NCBI RefSeq assembly: GCF_000315625.1
Contig: NW_005434659.1
Coordinates: 590,181 to 654,180 of the forward strand
DNA: 64,000 nt
Source of the DNA: Guillardia theta CCMP2712
Lineage: Eukaryota > Protista > Cryptophyta
Direction: 5' to 3'
Under the pieces are notes generated by a model. The model worked only from the letters and a program-made list of their open reading frames with translations. It did no database searches and had not been told where the DNA came from. Made by a program: the position numbers and the translations under genes. How positions within the stretch are numbered: position 1 is the stretch's first letter; the number at the start of each line of letters is the position of its first letter. Of this stretch, positions 24,859 to 36,445 are shown in pieces.

Positions 24859-24958
24859 NNNNNNNNNNNNNNNNNNNNNNNNNNNNNNNNNNNNNNNNNN
24901 NNNNNNNNNNNNNNNNNNNNNNNNNNNNNNNNNNNNNNNNNNNNNNNNNNNNNNNNNN
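24859..24958. other. Assembly gap (100 N, probably of unknown true size)
   Basis: Run of exactly 100 N. Confidence 0.99.
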
Positions 24959-25303
24959 CAATATTTTTCTTGTGTCTGGCTCGAACTGGATCCTTTCTAT
25001 GAAGAACAGGTTGAAGTATAACCAGACCCATGTGTGATTCAAGGCCGTTTCAGAAAATCTGGTCGTGCTGGTAGAGACATGTGCGACATCGGCACCTTAT
25101 CAATCGCCTTGTGTTTGTGGATGTAGTTATCCATCTTCAGGCGTGCGAACTTGTTTTGACAATTGTGTTCGAACAGGATCTCGCTTAGTCTCACCACGGT
25201 GTCGATGTATCTTTCATAGTGATCCAACCGAGACGTTTTTGCGCCTTGTCTCCATTTTTCTATCTTCGAGTATATCGATACTAGTTGGGTTTTTCTTGTC
25301 CAT
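24959..25303 (-). pseudogene. Degenerate Fanzor1/TnpB-like nuclease fragment (transposon remnant)
   Basis: One minus frame reads ..KWRQGAKTSRLDHYERYIDTVVRLSEILFEHNCQNKFARLKMDNYIHKHKAIDKV..KRP*ITHGSGYTSTCSS*KG.., resembling the Fanzor1 segment (KTSxLxxYxxYI..LF..RF/KxxxYIxKQKAxDK..VAxGxG..KG) that precedes RuvC-II. Two in-frame stops; no catalytic residue visible. Confidence 0.6.
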
Positions 25304-25527
25304 GTACTTACTCGATCATATCAGCACGTACTTACTCGATCATATCAGCATGTACTTACTCGATCATATCAGCATGTACTTACTCGATCAGATCAGCATG
25401 TACTTACTCGATCAGATCAGCATGTACTTACTCGATCAGATCAGCATGTACTTACTCGATCAGATCAGCATGTACTTACTCGATCAGATCAGCATGTACT
25501 TACTCGATCATATCAGCACGTACTTAT
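25301..25527 (+). repeat. Tandem minisatellite, 24-bp unit (CATGTACTTACTCGATCAGATCAG) x ~9.5
   Basis: Directly visible; abuts the 5' side of the Fanzor-like fragment. Confidence 0.97.
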
Positions 25528-26069
25528 TAGACTAGCCCGTGCTGTCAACTTTCACTGATTCCGACATGGGGTTTAGATCAAGGTGGTTTTGTTTTGTTCG
25601 TCTTCGAACCTCCGGCGGCTGCAGTCATATCAAGCGGCAGCTGAAGTGGGGGATGCGGTGGGGTGGTTGAGGGTTGATGTGGGGGTAGGGTAGGGTACGA
25701 GGGTGACAGGACACAGGGCAATCGAGGGAGGAGGGGCGACCCATCAGTCCGTAAGGACAATGGGAGGGGTGCTGCGCCTGGAGCCTAACTGCTCGGGGTG
25801 GGGGGTCATCGGTGAGCACCAGGGGGTAGGTGGGTAGTGATCATCGACTTGACATCGACATCTCAGAGGGGGAGAGGGGGGTAGGTAGTTACTGTAGGCC
25901 CGGGTGAAGGAGGCTTGGGGTATGGGAGAGGTGGTAGATCGAGGGGGTAGGTCTTTGTAAGTTTAAATTCAGCAGGGGTGCTCGGCCTGTAGGGTAGTCA
26001 GAGGTACGGGTAGTGTCAGAGTAGGGTTGTAGGCAGGAGGTGGGGTGGCTCCAAACCATCGCGAGGCGA

Positions 26070-28408
26070 ATGCTGGGCAAGCTTATGCAGCTGCAGTCAG
26101 ATTGTTGGGCGAGCATTTGCTCCTCCTCCCCCTCCTCCATTGAGCCGCATCCATGCAAGAGACTATCTCACGCACCTGGTTCCCTTGGCTTCCTCTTGCT
26201 CCATCCCTTCCTGATGCTCCGCCTCCCGATCACCTTTTGAACAGCACATTGTACCTCCAGATACTATGCTTTGAGAAAGGATCAAAAACTTCTCCTGACT
26301 TCTCTCTGCACTCTTCATATTCATGAATGACCTTCTACTTTGTTTTGCAAAGATCATGTCGAACTGGGCCGCTGGAATGATTTTCTCGGATTATGCTCCT
26401 GCTCCATCGAAAGCTACATCGGAGGCAAGATCACTGACACGTCTTAAAGTGATGTAATCTTTAAAGAAGATGGCTAATGGAGCAAGTAGCGACAGCTCAA
26501 GACAGAAACAAGTTGCCGGACTTCAGGCAATTCCTTGCATGCAGGTTTGCGTTGGCTAACGATGAGAAGGCGGAAGCGTCAGGATGGTACGAGGATATCA
26601 CAAACCCTGTTGTGTCTCAGTATAAGAACGAAGTGAGAACTGAGAATGATCCGTCTCCCCTTAATCTTGCTCTCTTCACAGGCTATCTCCCTGAATGTTG
26701 GAAACGGACTCGCACAAGCAAGTGCTGCCCACCCTGCGTCACGTCTGGTGTCTGAGAAACAGGTTGTCACCTGGAACATAGGCTATTTTCGTCTGTCTCA
26801 CAGTGATCTTGCGGAACCAGATCATGTCTCAGGAATCGGCAAATCGCGGGCGGGAGAAGCTTTCTGTGCCCGCGGTGACGGTGAGCGTCTCCCAAGCTGC
26901 TGGGGTCGTGGGATCACTTCATGTCAGGATCAACTCGAATTGTTGAGGACCTCCAATGAGGATCTGACTCCATCTCAACTTATGGAGGCAGCTAACGCAT
27001 GGGCTAAACGTAGCTGAATCTAGATTCCCATCTTCCCTTGCTTGATTTTGCTTCCAGGGAACAATTTCTCTCCTGAACAACTGCAAGAGTTTGGCCATCT
27101 GATTACCATGGTCGCAGCAACGTACATTCCTCGGTCACAAATCAAGAAATTTCGACAATTAGACCAGGTGAAGACAGCCCATGCTCTGTCACTCTTGTTG
27201 AAAGGCTGCAGGGTTCTTTTGGATTGATCTACAGCGCGGAGTATGACGGCTCCACAGTAGCTGTCAAGCAATGCTCCTCGGTAGACTGCTTGGCTATGTA
27301 CTTGACTATTTGATGAACGAGACCAGGACGGATCTCAAATCAAAGCAAAGATGCGTGAGTTGCTGTTGGAGTTGAGTGTGCTCGTGAGAATCCGGCACCC
27401 AAACATCGTGACCTTCTGGGGAACCGCTGCCGAATTCCCGTTGACCTCGTAAGTTGCGATGCGTCACTGATTGAGGGTACTGCTCTGACCCTTGTCAGGG
27501 GATCCAAGCCCTACATGGGGATGGTGTTTGAGCTGTGCGTTCAGGAGGATGTCTATCTCTATGTGAGACTTTCTACAGATGTCACAAGGGAAGTTTGTAC
27601 AAGGCATTGCATCAACACGGTGGGAAAAAACTCCCGTTCAAAGAGAAGATGAGTAATATGTTCCCTGATCCCTCTCGCAATCTCTGACGATATTTGTGTT
27701 GAAAGGATTTGCTTTGGAAGTCTCTCGTGGAATGAGCTACGTGCACGCAAAGGGAATCATTCATAGGGACCTCAACAGCAGAAATGTCTTGATAACAGAT
27801 CAAATGCATGCAAAAGTCGCAGATTTCGGATGCGCGGTGTGTTCGTTGCCTCTGCTTGCTTGATGTGACTTGCTGTGTAGCGGAAGCTGAAAGGATCAGC
27901 TCTGCACACGACAACGATTTCAGGCAGCCCTGCTTACATGGTCATGACTTGGATGCGAGTGGAGGTGGCATGACAAAAGTGACAGGCACCGGAGCAGCTA
28001 GAGGGACACGACTTGACCGACAGGATAGACGTGTGGGCCTTCGGAGTTCTGATGTGGGAGATAGTAACAGACCAAGTTCCGTGGGCGTCCAAGGGGAACA
28101 GTCTGGATGCGCTGAAACGCTGCATATGTGTACAGGTAGGATGATACACGACCTGCAGCCCCATGACAAGTCCGAGCAGGGGGACAGACTGCCGTTGCCT
28201 GCGGCAGATAGATTTCCAAGCGGATGGAGATCGCAGTATGTGAAGATGATGGAGATGACGTGGAATAGCAACCCTCACGCACGGCCTAGCATGGTGACAA
28301 GTCTACATGCACGCTCTCCTCCTCACGTTTCTGCTTCAGGCCGACATGAGCAAGGGCTTAGAGGCGCTCATAAATCAAGAGCCGATGTCGGTGGGTGAGT
28401 TCATGTAG
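26070..28408 (+). CDS. Tyrosine-kinase-like (TKL/Raf-type) protein kinase
   Basis: Spliced GSFGLIYSAEYDGSTVAVK, ELSVLVRIRHPNIVTFWG, IIHRDLNSRNVL, KVADFG, GSPAYM-APE, DVWAFGVLMWE, HARPSM. The N-terminal half is uncharacterised and the start is uncertain. Confidence 0.88.
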
Positions 28409-28732
28409 CTCGGGTGTTTGTAGCTGCCATCACTCAAGATGGCAAGACGCTGTCGTCTGCGTGTGAACAGAGTTTGTTCGTAGAAAAGTATTTTTCGGTG
28501 GTAAGATAAATTCATTTAACCCTTGCGCTCATTCTTACAAGCTTTCACGTCGCATCTGTGGCGGCTGGCTCGAGGTAATCCGTATTTAGAGATCTATCAC
28601 CCACCTCAGTCCCACCCTTGAGTTTAGTGCCTGAAGATAGAGTGTATCCTTGCAATCTATGTAACAGTTTTGACGTCAACTAAAAATCTTCTTGGATTCT
28701 ACACCCTTGCAAGCAACCTTTGACCACTACCA

Positions 28733-31700
28733 TCATTCTGGGTTTTCTCGATGGTCAGCAAGTGGGATCGTGAAGATCTTGCCGCGGGTAGCCTTGTAGT
28801 TGTCGGAGTAGAGGTGAGAGTGAAGGATGGAGTCGGTCATGGGCCCGTAAGAGCCTCGCACGCAAGGAGGACAAGTCTTGCCAGCCGCTGCCTGCGGTGA
28901 GCCCGGGGCACAAGGGTTTCCAGAATATCCTGACTTACAGACGCATTGCCACGAGGACACACACCCGATGTTTCCTCCGGTTCCCGTGCAGCCGAAGGTC
29001 TCCGAGTTAGGAGGGCACGTGCTCGCACAGCTCGCGCTCCCCCACGAGGATTTCCAGGAGTTGGAGGGGCAAATAGTGCAGGGGCCTCCGTCAGGCCCCG
29101 TGTATCCAGGTTTACACCGGCAGTCGAGGATGCTCGTCCTCGCCTTGAGCAGCATCGTCCCTGACCCTGCTGGGCACTTGCCGGTCAAGTTTGAAAGACT
29201 GCCGGGAGCGATCTTGAAGGAGTCCTCAGCTACCGCCAGGCAGGGACCTCCGTTGGGACCGGCATAACCAGCCTGGCAGACGCACTCGAGGCGGCTGCGA
29301 GCTCCGACTGCCCCGAGAGTCTTGGAGTTGAGCGGGCAGGGGCTGCATGCTTCGCCTCCGAGCTGATCCTGGTAAGTGTCGGGGGGACACGAGCGGCAGG
29401 GCCCGCCTCTTGGCCCATAGAAGCCAAACTGACAGGAACAGTTGGCGAGGTTGACATCTTGCCAACCTCCTGCCTTGATCGGGCAGACAGTCACATTCAA
29501 AGACTTGGTCTGCATGTTGACTATGGAACAGTCGACGCCGCTGAAGGAAGGCTCGCAGTGACATTCCGCATCGATGCATCTTCCTCTCGCACTGCAGTCG
29601 TTGACACACGTTGAGTCCTGGAAGGTCCATGAGAGGATCTCGTGGACTTGACTGACGGAGCCTGTGGAGGCGGTGAAACCTACCCAGGCATGTCCTGACG
29701 TCAAACTCAGCACCTCGTCAATGTTGAAGGGGAACGAAAGTATCGGGCGGTCGAGGTCGTCCATCCATATCTGCATGTTGCCGGGTCGTCGTTTCAAGAC
29801 CTGTATGGCCCTCGGACTTGCAAAGTAGCTGGGGTCTTGCACAACCTCAGGACGGATCCAAACCTCGTACCGAATCCTCATGGTGTGAACGTTTCCGTCG
29901 GCAAGGTTGGGCAAGGCTGAGGTGTGAGCGATGCGAGACCTCAGGCTCGGCTCGTTCTGTTCTGTTCCCATGGTGTGAACCGCCAGGTGATTGAGGTACA
30001 CATCTCCCAGGTTAGCGTTGTACCACGTGTCTAACTCGAAGGCAATGGAGTTGTCTATCCCCCCATACCCGAGGTTGCTTCCGTTACCTCCGAGAGCAAA
30101 CGGAGTGCCATTGTCATGTACGACAAAAGCCAGTCCGTCCCCTCCTCGATTGATACATCTTCCTGCGTTCTGAGCCGACACTGAGCAGTTCCGGACTGGA
30201 TCTGTGATGCGGAAAGAGAACTGAGTTTCAAACCCCAGGCTAACTCGCTGAGGCACGTTGAACCACACGGCCCCTACGGAGTTGAAAGCATTCCTGCACA
30301 ACCGGAGCGAGCTGACACAGCCCGTCCGACCTTCCCAGCAGACCAGGGGACCCTGAAGGCTTTGGAAATAGGAGGAGCCCACAAGGTTGAATCCGAATGT
30401 GGTGTTGAAGAAGGGAAAGTCAAAGCCCTTGCCTACCGTTATCCTGAAGGGACTCCCAGGAAGGTCGTCATCAAGCATGCTCACTGACATGAGATAAGTC
30501 CCACTGACTGTGATGTTGTAAGCCACGAAGTAAGTTCCGTCCAGTCGATCGAAGACCATCGTTGAGTTCTCCCCAGATCCAAAGTTGGTGCTTTGGATGA
30601 ACACCTCTACTTTTTCTCGCCCACTGGAACGCTGATTTCCAAACTTATCTCTGGCAATCACAGTGAATGTAGATGGATATCCAATGACTGCAGAATGCAG
30701 GCCTGAGCCCACAACCGTACTCTTGAAAACCTCGGTGAGTCCTCCGGCTATGGAAAGGGAGAATGGACTGCCTTTGATATGCTGAGTTGTTCCATTTGCA
30801 TAGATGAACACCAAGGAAAACTGGTACGTTCCTGCTCGTGTGATGTTGTATGACCCAGAGTACATGTTGTTTGCGTCTACATACAGCTTGAAATTCTGAT
30901 ATGTTGACGGCTGTGCACCTGGAATGATGACCGTGTAAAATGGTACCAGATTTGGGAAGAGGTTTCGATAGTTGCCCCACGTATACATAGCTCCATCAGG
31001 ACCCTTCCAAATCGCCTCGTTGATTCTTCCCCACTCATCATACTGCCCGCAAGGTCCTAGTCGCGAGGTTTTGCACGAGGCTTGTTTGTTGTATTCAGCA
31101 GGATCGGAAAAAGGACTTACGGGAACACAGTCGTGCAACAAGCCTCCGCGAGCGTTATACGCCACCTGGTTAGAGAAAGCTGGATACTGGAGCGCCTCTA
31201 CTGGTCCATTCACAACAGACCCGGATGCTGGCTGGCTGTTCGCCCAGCTCGTCCAGATGGTCTGGCATTGAGTGCCTGCTGTGCAGCCGTCGCTTGGAAA
31301 GATCTGCTTCCACTTTGTCAGCACGCCGCTTCCTCCGTTGTTGACGTTGGGGTTCCAAGCGTGACAGTAGGGGCCCTCATCGCCCTGCAAGACTCGTCGG
31401 TTGCCCCATCGGTCTCTCGTCTCCACGGAGAAGGTGCACACTAGACCAGCTCCACAAGAAACGAGCCCGTTGCCGAAGGCTGTGCTAGCTCCGATGTCAA
31501 CTACATCTGGGCGCACAACAATCATGTAGGGACTCTTGTCCAAGTCGACATAGAATCCTGCTGCGGTCAACAAGCGAACATTGAAGGGATAGGTACCAGA
31601 CGTCGTCAGCTTGTAGTCGACAGTGTAATGAGCGTCGCCATAGTCGTGGAAGGAGTAAGATTGAAAGTTGACCTGCCAAAGCTGCTCCAACTCTTCGAGC

Positions 31701-34700
31701 TTGAGAGTGTCGAAGTATCTTATTCTCATAGGGTCAAACTGAATGAAAAACGATGATTCAAGTGCAGACTTCCAGAGGTAGTTGAAGTACGAATCTCTTA
31801 AGAAAATATCAAAATAGACAAACTTGCCAGAAACGATTGCGCCTTTGTAATCTGAGGATAATGTGTAAACATTCTTGTCTTCCGAAACGCCTGTCCCATT
31901 CACAATTGACGTCTTTGCATCAAACAATCCAGGCTCGACCTTGAATGGAATGGGATCACTACTCAGAAGTAAGCCAAGGTAGCTGATTGCAAGGTTGTAC
32001 AGCCCTGCCCTCGTGATTTTATAGGAGATGAACCATGTTCCATTGTCATAGTTCTTGTACTGTAAGTCACAAACCATGTTGGACACCGTAGAAATCTCAG
32101 GCGCTGGAGAAATCGACGTAGAAGACTCACTCCAGCGTCTGTTGCATTGACTGAGTCAAATCTATTGCACAAACAAATAGCATCTTTACCTTCCTTTGGT
32201 GGTCAAATACTCGGAGACGAATCCTTCCACGTTTTGTCTATTCCCAGTTGCAGAATCGTAGGCAACAAAGTAAGGATTTCCTATGGAGTTGACAGCTTGT
32301 GTGTAATACAGTTGACTTACGTTGTGGCTTGAAATCCATGATTGGATTTCAGCATCGGACATAATCCCCATCCATGACGGCCTGGCTGGATCAAGGTTCG
32401 CAATTTCCAGTCCGTAATATCCGTTCCCGAGGACATCGGGAGGCATGATCATGTTAGCCTCTAGTCCTATCCTCTCCAAGGGCGGACAGAACCTCACTCC
32501 ATTGGGATTGATGACTCCATCCAAGAATGTCTGCAAGGCATTACTCACCGGGCTACTGACGTGCTGCTGTGCTGCTTTCATGTTGACCTGACACTGATTG
32601 GGAGAGGCGCATTGCCTGACGGGACACGCGCTTTCATTTGCAGCCCTTCCATGCCAAGGTGGCGGCGTGTACGAAGAACAGCCTGTTGAGCTTCCATTTG
32701 GACAACAACCTGGCGAACATGGAACTTTGTTCTTGAGATAATTGCAAATGAGCTGAGGTGATAGATTTGGTGAAAGGACTGCACCTGGCATGTTCTGTTC
32801 AGTTGGCTTGTTGCATGGGCTCATATCCGCTTCAAAGAGAGATGGGCACTTGCAAGAAATATCTGTCAGCACTTGATCTTGCACCAACGGACAATCTGCG
32901 ACCGAAACCCCAGAGAGATGCACTTGGAAATCTACTTGATTCGATTTGACTTGATTCAATCTTGTGTCCCGCGCGAAAATCAGGAAACTATTAGGCTTCC
33001 CTGCGGTCCCGACAGCTTGACCATGAGTTTCTACTGTTGAATTAGGAGCGTAAGCTGGACCAGGGGCGACGTAAGTGATGAAAGGCGAGAATTGAATGTC
33101 ATTGCACAGAGGGTTGCAGAGTAGAATCGAAATCTTATGAACTCCAGCAATCAGAGGATCCCATTCAACTAGATAGTCGCCCATCCAATTGTCGTCTCCA
33201 GAGAATTGGAACTTTGCTGAATTCGGTGAAGTTCCATTCCTTGAGGCCGTCTGGGCGATCAAAGGTTCTTCAAAGGTGATTCGCAGTTGTTCCTTCTGCG
33301 TCGCCCAGTTTCCGTAGATGTCCTGAATGCGGACAGAAAAAAACGCTCGATATCCTGCGATAGCTGTTCGCAAACCAGTGCCAAACGCTTGAATTAGATC
33401 AGATCTGGTTGGACCTGAATCAACCCACACGCTTGCAGTATGATGTCACAAATCAGTGCAAATTCAATTCACATCTGTACCTGAAGGGACTTCGAGGAAA
33501 GTTCGGAGACAAGCCATCAGGATTAGAAGGGGAATATGATACACAAGAAGAGTTTTCTGGAGGGCACCATGCGATTCCAATGCTGGAATCGAAGTAGTCG
33601 GTCCTTGCTACCCCAACGTTGCAGTATTTCTGTCCCCCAAAAAGAGCGCTGAGAATCCAAATCAGGCAAACTCGACTAACGACTTGATCCTTACCTGCCG
33701 CTCTGCAGACGGATCTCTTGTGAGCCAGGGCACCCAAGGCCAGTATCTTTCATTGCCACGTAGAGCGAATATCTACCGGACAGAGTGACCGCATACTCAG
33801 CCACATACGAACCGTTTCCATCATTCATCACGTTTGCAAAGAAATAAGCATCCGTGGAGGTGTGAACCAAAGCAACGATGTATTGATCTCCACCCGCTAG
33901 ACGAGGATTGTTGTAAGCGTCATAGGAGTCTATGTAGAAATGAGTGGGAATTCCTGCCCTTGTCGTTGATGTGTATGCAAGTCCAGGGCCGTGGGCTATG
34001 CTGTGTCCAGGAGAGGTTCGATCTGGAATGATGATAGCTGTTCTTGTATTGTACCCCTTGGGAAATGGAATCGCTGTCATATACGTGTCTACCCCTTCAC
34101 GCAGTTGCAGGTTAAAGAAGTTGATTTCGTAGAATCCAGGTATAGTTGGTTTGAAGTATAATATACACTTCTCCTGTCCGAGAGGGCAAGGAGGATTACT
34201 AGCAGTTGTGCAACGATAGAAATTGGCATCGAACTTCTGTCGTAGTGCGTAAGAATTTTTCTCATCCCAGGTGCGAATGTCATTCCCAGGAGGATAAGGA
34301 TATCCGTATTGTTGACCAGTGACTGCCGATGGTGGAGTTGTCACCCATGGTCCAACAAGTTTGCTTGCTAAAGATGTATTTCTTGCAACAATCTGGGCTG
34401 CTAGGATTGGGCCAGGATATCCTAATTGATCCTGATAAAGCTTATTGAAGGAGTTCTCAAGTCTGTAAGTATCACATGTTTGATCGCATCTGGACCACCA
34501 TTCTGGGCTTCCTCCATTACTTCCTAGAATGTATCCTCGTTGATATGCTTGGCCCTCGCTCGGAACATCAGTTTTGACCTGAGGAGCTCCCGGTCCGACA
34601 ATGTATTCAGGCGCTCCGTACTGAAACGATTCATTCAAAGGCATGAAGCCTCGGGGACAATCCGATACAATCTTGACTGTACTCCCAGCTGTGTATTGCA

Positions 34701-36203
34701 AATACATGGTATCTAACACTTGCGAACAAGGATAGTATCCTTGAGAGATATTGTAGGTACTTGTGTTTGAAGACTGGAAGGAGCTGAAGCACATGTTCTC
34801 CTCAACCCCATCATTGGTGGCAGAATCCTTTTTCTGATCAAAAGTTACCCCACAGTTCGTGCAGATACTGTCCAGACATTCCGATTTTGGCACAGGAGGG
34901 CGATAAAACCTCTCACAACCAGGTGATAAAAGGGGGTATTGTAGTGTCTGCAAGAATACTTGATCCATAATTCCATAGATTACTTTGAAGCCTAGGTAAG
35001 GCATTCCAAGAGGTAAATTGCGGTCATCTGTTTGAAAGTTCACTGCTGTACCTGTGTCTGAAGCTGATACAATAGATTGCGGCATCGCGTAAACAGATTG
35101 TGGAAATGTGCCACCTACTCCAAATGCGGCTATCTTGTCATTGAGCGATACATAAGGTGAAGTGTAAAGGGAAATCTCGTCGAAGCCTTGCTCCAAGTTG
35201 AAGAAGATGAAGACGAAGACCATTGGTAACCCATACATCTGGTTGCTCTCTGGTATCACCGTCCAGGTGCAGTTTAGGTTATTGCCGTATGTCCTATCTT
35301 TACCATATCCATCGGAGAAGGACCCAAAGCTCTTGTGTATGTTCCTCACCCCAGTGCATGGAACGTCAGGATCGGAACAATTGAATCCTGACCACCCATG
35401 ATCACAATGACAGAAGCCTACCGAAAAATCGCAGATCCCATGACCATTGCATAGTTGAGAATACTTCAAGTCTGCGTTTTGATTCACAGTCTCGGAAAAT
35501 TTTGTGTAGTCTGCATAGCCACAGATTCCAAGGTCTGCTCCGTTGACATCATAGCAGAGTGCTTCACCCAAACTCCCATCCAAGAGATTTTGAGGTCGTC
35601 CTTGGTAAAACTTGATCAAATCATCTACATTACTGCCATCTGTCGGATAATACGAGCTTCCCCATCTTGATGCTCTGAATTGGGACGTATCGCTATCACT
35701 GAATTCTCTCACTAGTTTTTCGATGTCAGATATGGTTAACACTACCTGGAATCATATTCTTAAATGCATTTTGAAATATAACACCGTACCTGGCTTCCAA
35801 AGGGGTCATACAGAATCAATCTTGATAGTCCTATTCTCATCTCCTTCCATTCAAGTTTTTGATTCTTAATACTTCCGTCGATACCATCCCAAGAGTTGAA
35901 AGTTGTTTGAATACCTTGTTTCCAAATTTGTGCTTGCACCATCCTGAAGATGGTTCTGGATGGCACATCGTATCCAGAACAAATTATTCCTTTGGGCGGG
36001 AGTGGGAACCGTGAGTACCCAGCAACATAGGAGGGATTGGGATTGTACTGTTCGAAGGCGGGTAAGGGGTAGCTGTATGGCTGTGCCGTCACGAGTGGAG
36101 CGAGTAAAAATACGAGAGAGGTACAGATTAAAGTGCTTAGCTCATCCCTGCTGCACCTTCCCTTCCTCCTCCTCCTCTGCCTGCCCCGCCCCTCACCCTT
36201 CAT
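28733..36203 (-). CDS. Giant secreted mosaic protein (~2,400 aa): EGF, CUB, multiple filamin/Ig repeats, legume-type L-lectin, EGF, ephrin-receptor-like (GCC) Cys repeats
   Basis: ORFs 35760..36203, 33691..35742, 32186..33430 and 28733..32086 are joined by short introns (e.g. 35789-35746, in frame). Signal ..LVFLLAPLVTA-QP. EGF CNGHGICDF..CHCDHGWSGFNCS; CUB YGNNLNCTW; filamin GxGL..F.V..RDxFGNxR; lectin GGDGLAFVVH/SIAFELDTW/AWVGFTASTG; GCC GPxGGPCxxCPxxxYK repeats. No C-terminal TM. Confidence 0.88.
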
Positions 36204-36445
36204 ATCGCATCGCCCGCATTGAGTAACGACTGCAACAGACCATCATATCCTTTTGGTAGGAGGGGTAGTGGTGGACATAAATGGGTGGTATTAGAAGCAG
36301 AAGGGGTAGTTTTGAGGAGACTGAGGGGGTGAAGCTTTGAGGGTACTGGTGAATAGGGGGGGTGATTGTGTAACCAGGGCAAGGGAGTGGGAACTTGATC
36401 TCGGTTGCGAACATGTAGGGGGAACCAAGTAGACTGATAGGCAGC

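Noticed and set aside
25065-25535. 156-aa ORF with MYLLDQIS repeats
   Set aside because: By-product of a stop-free 24-bp tandem unit; antisense to the Fanzor-like frame.
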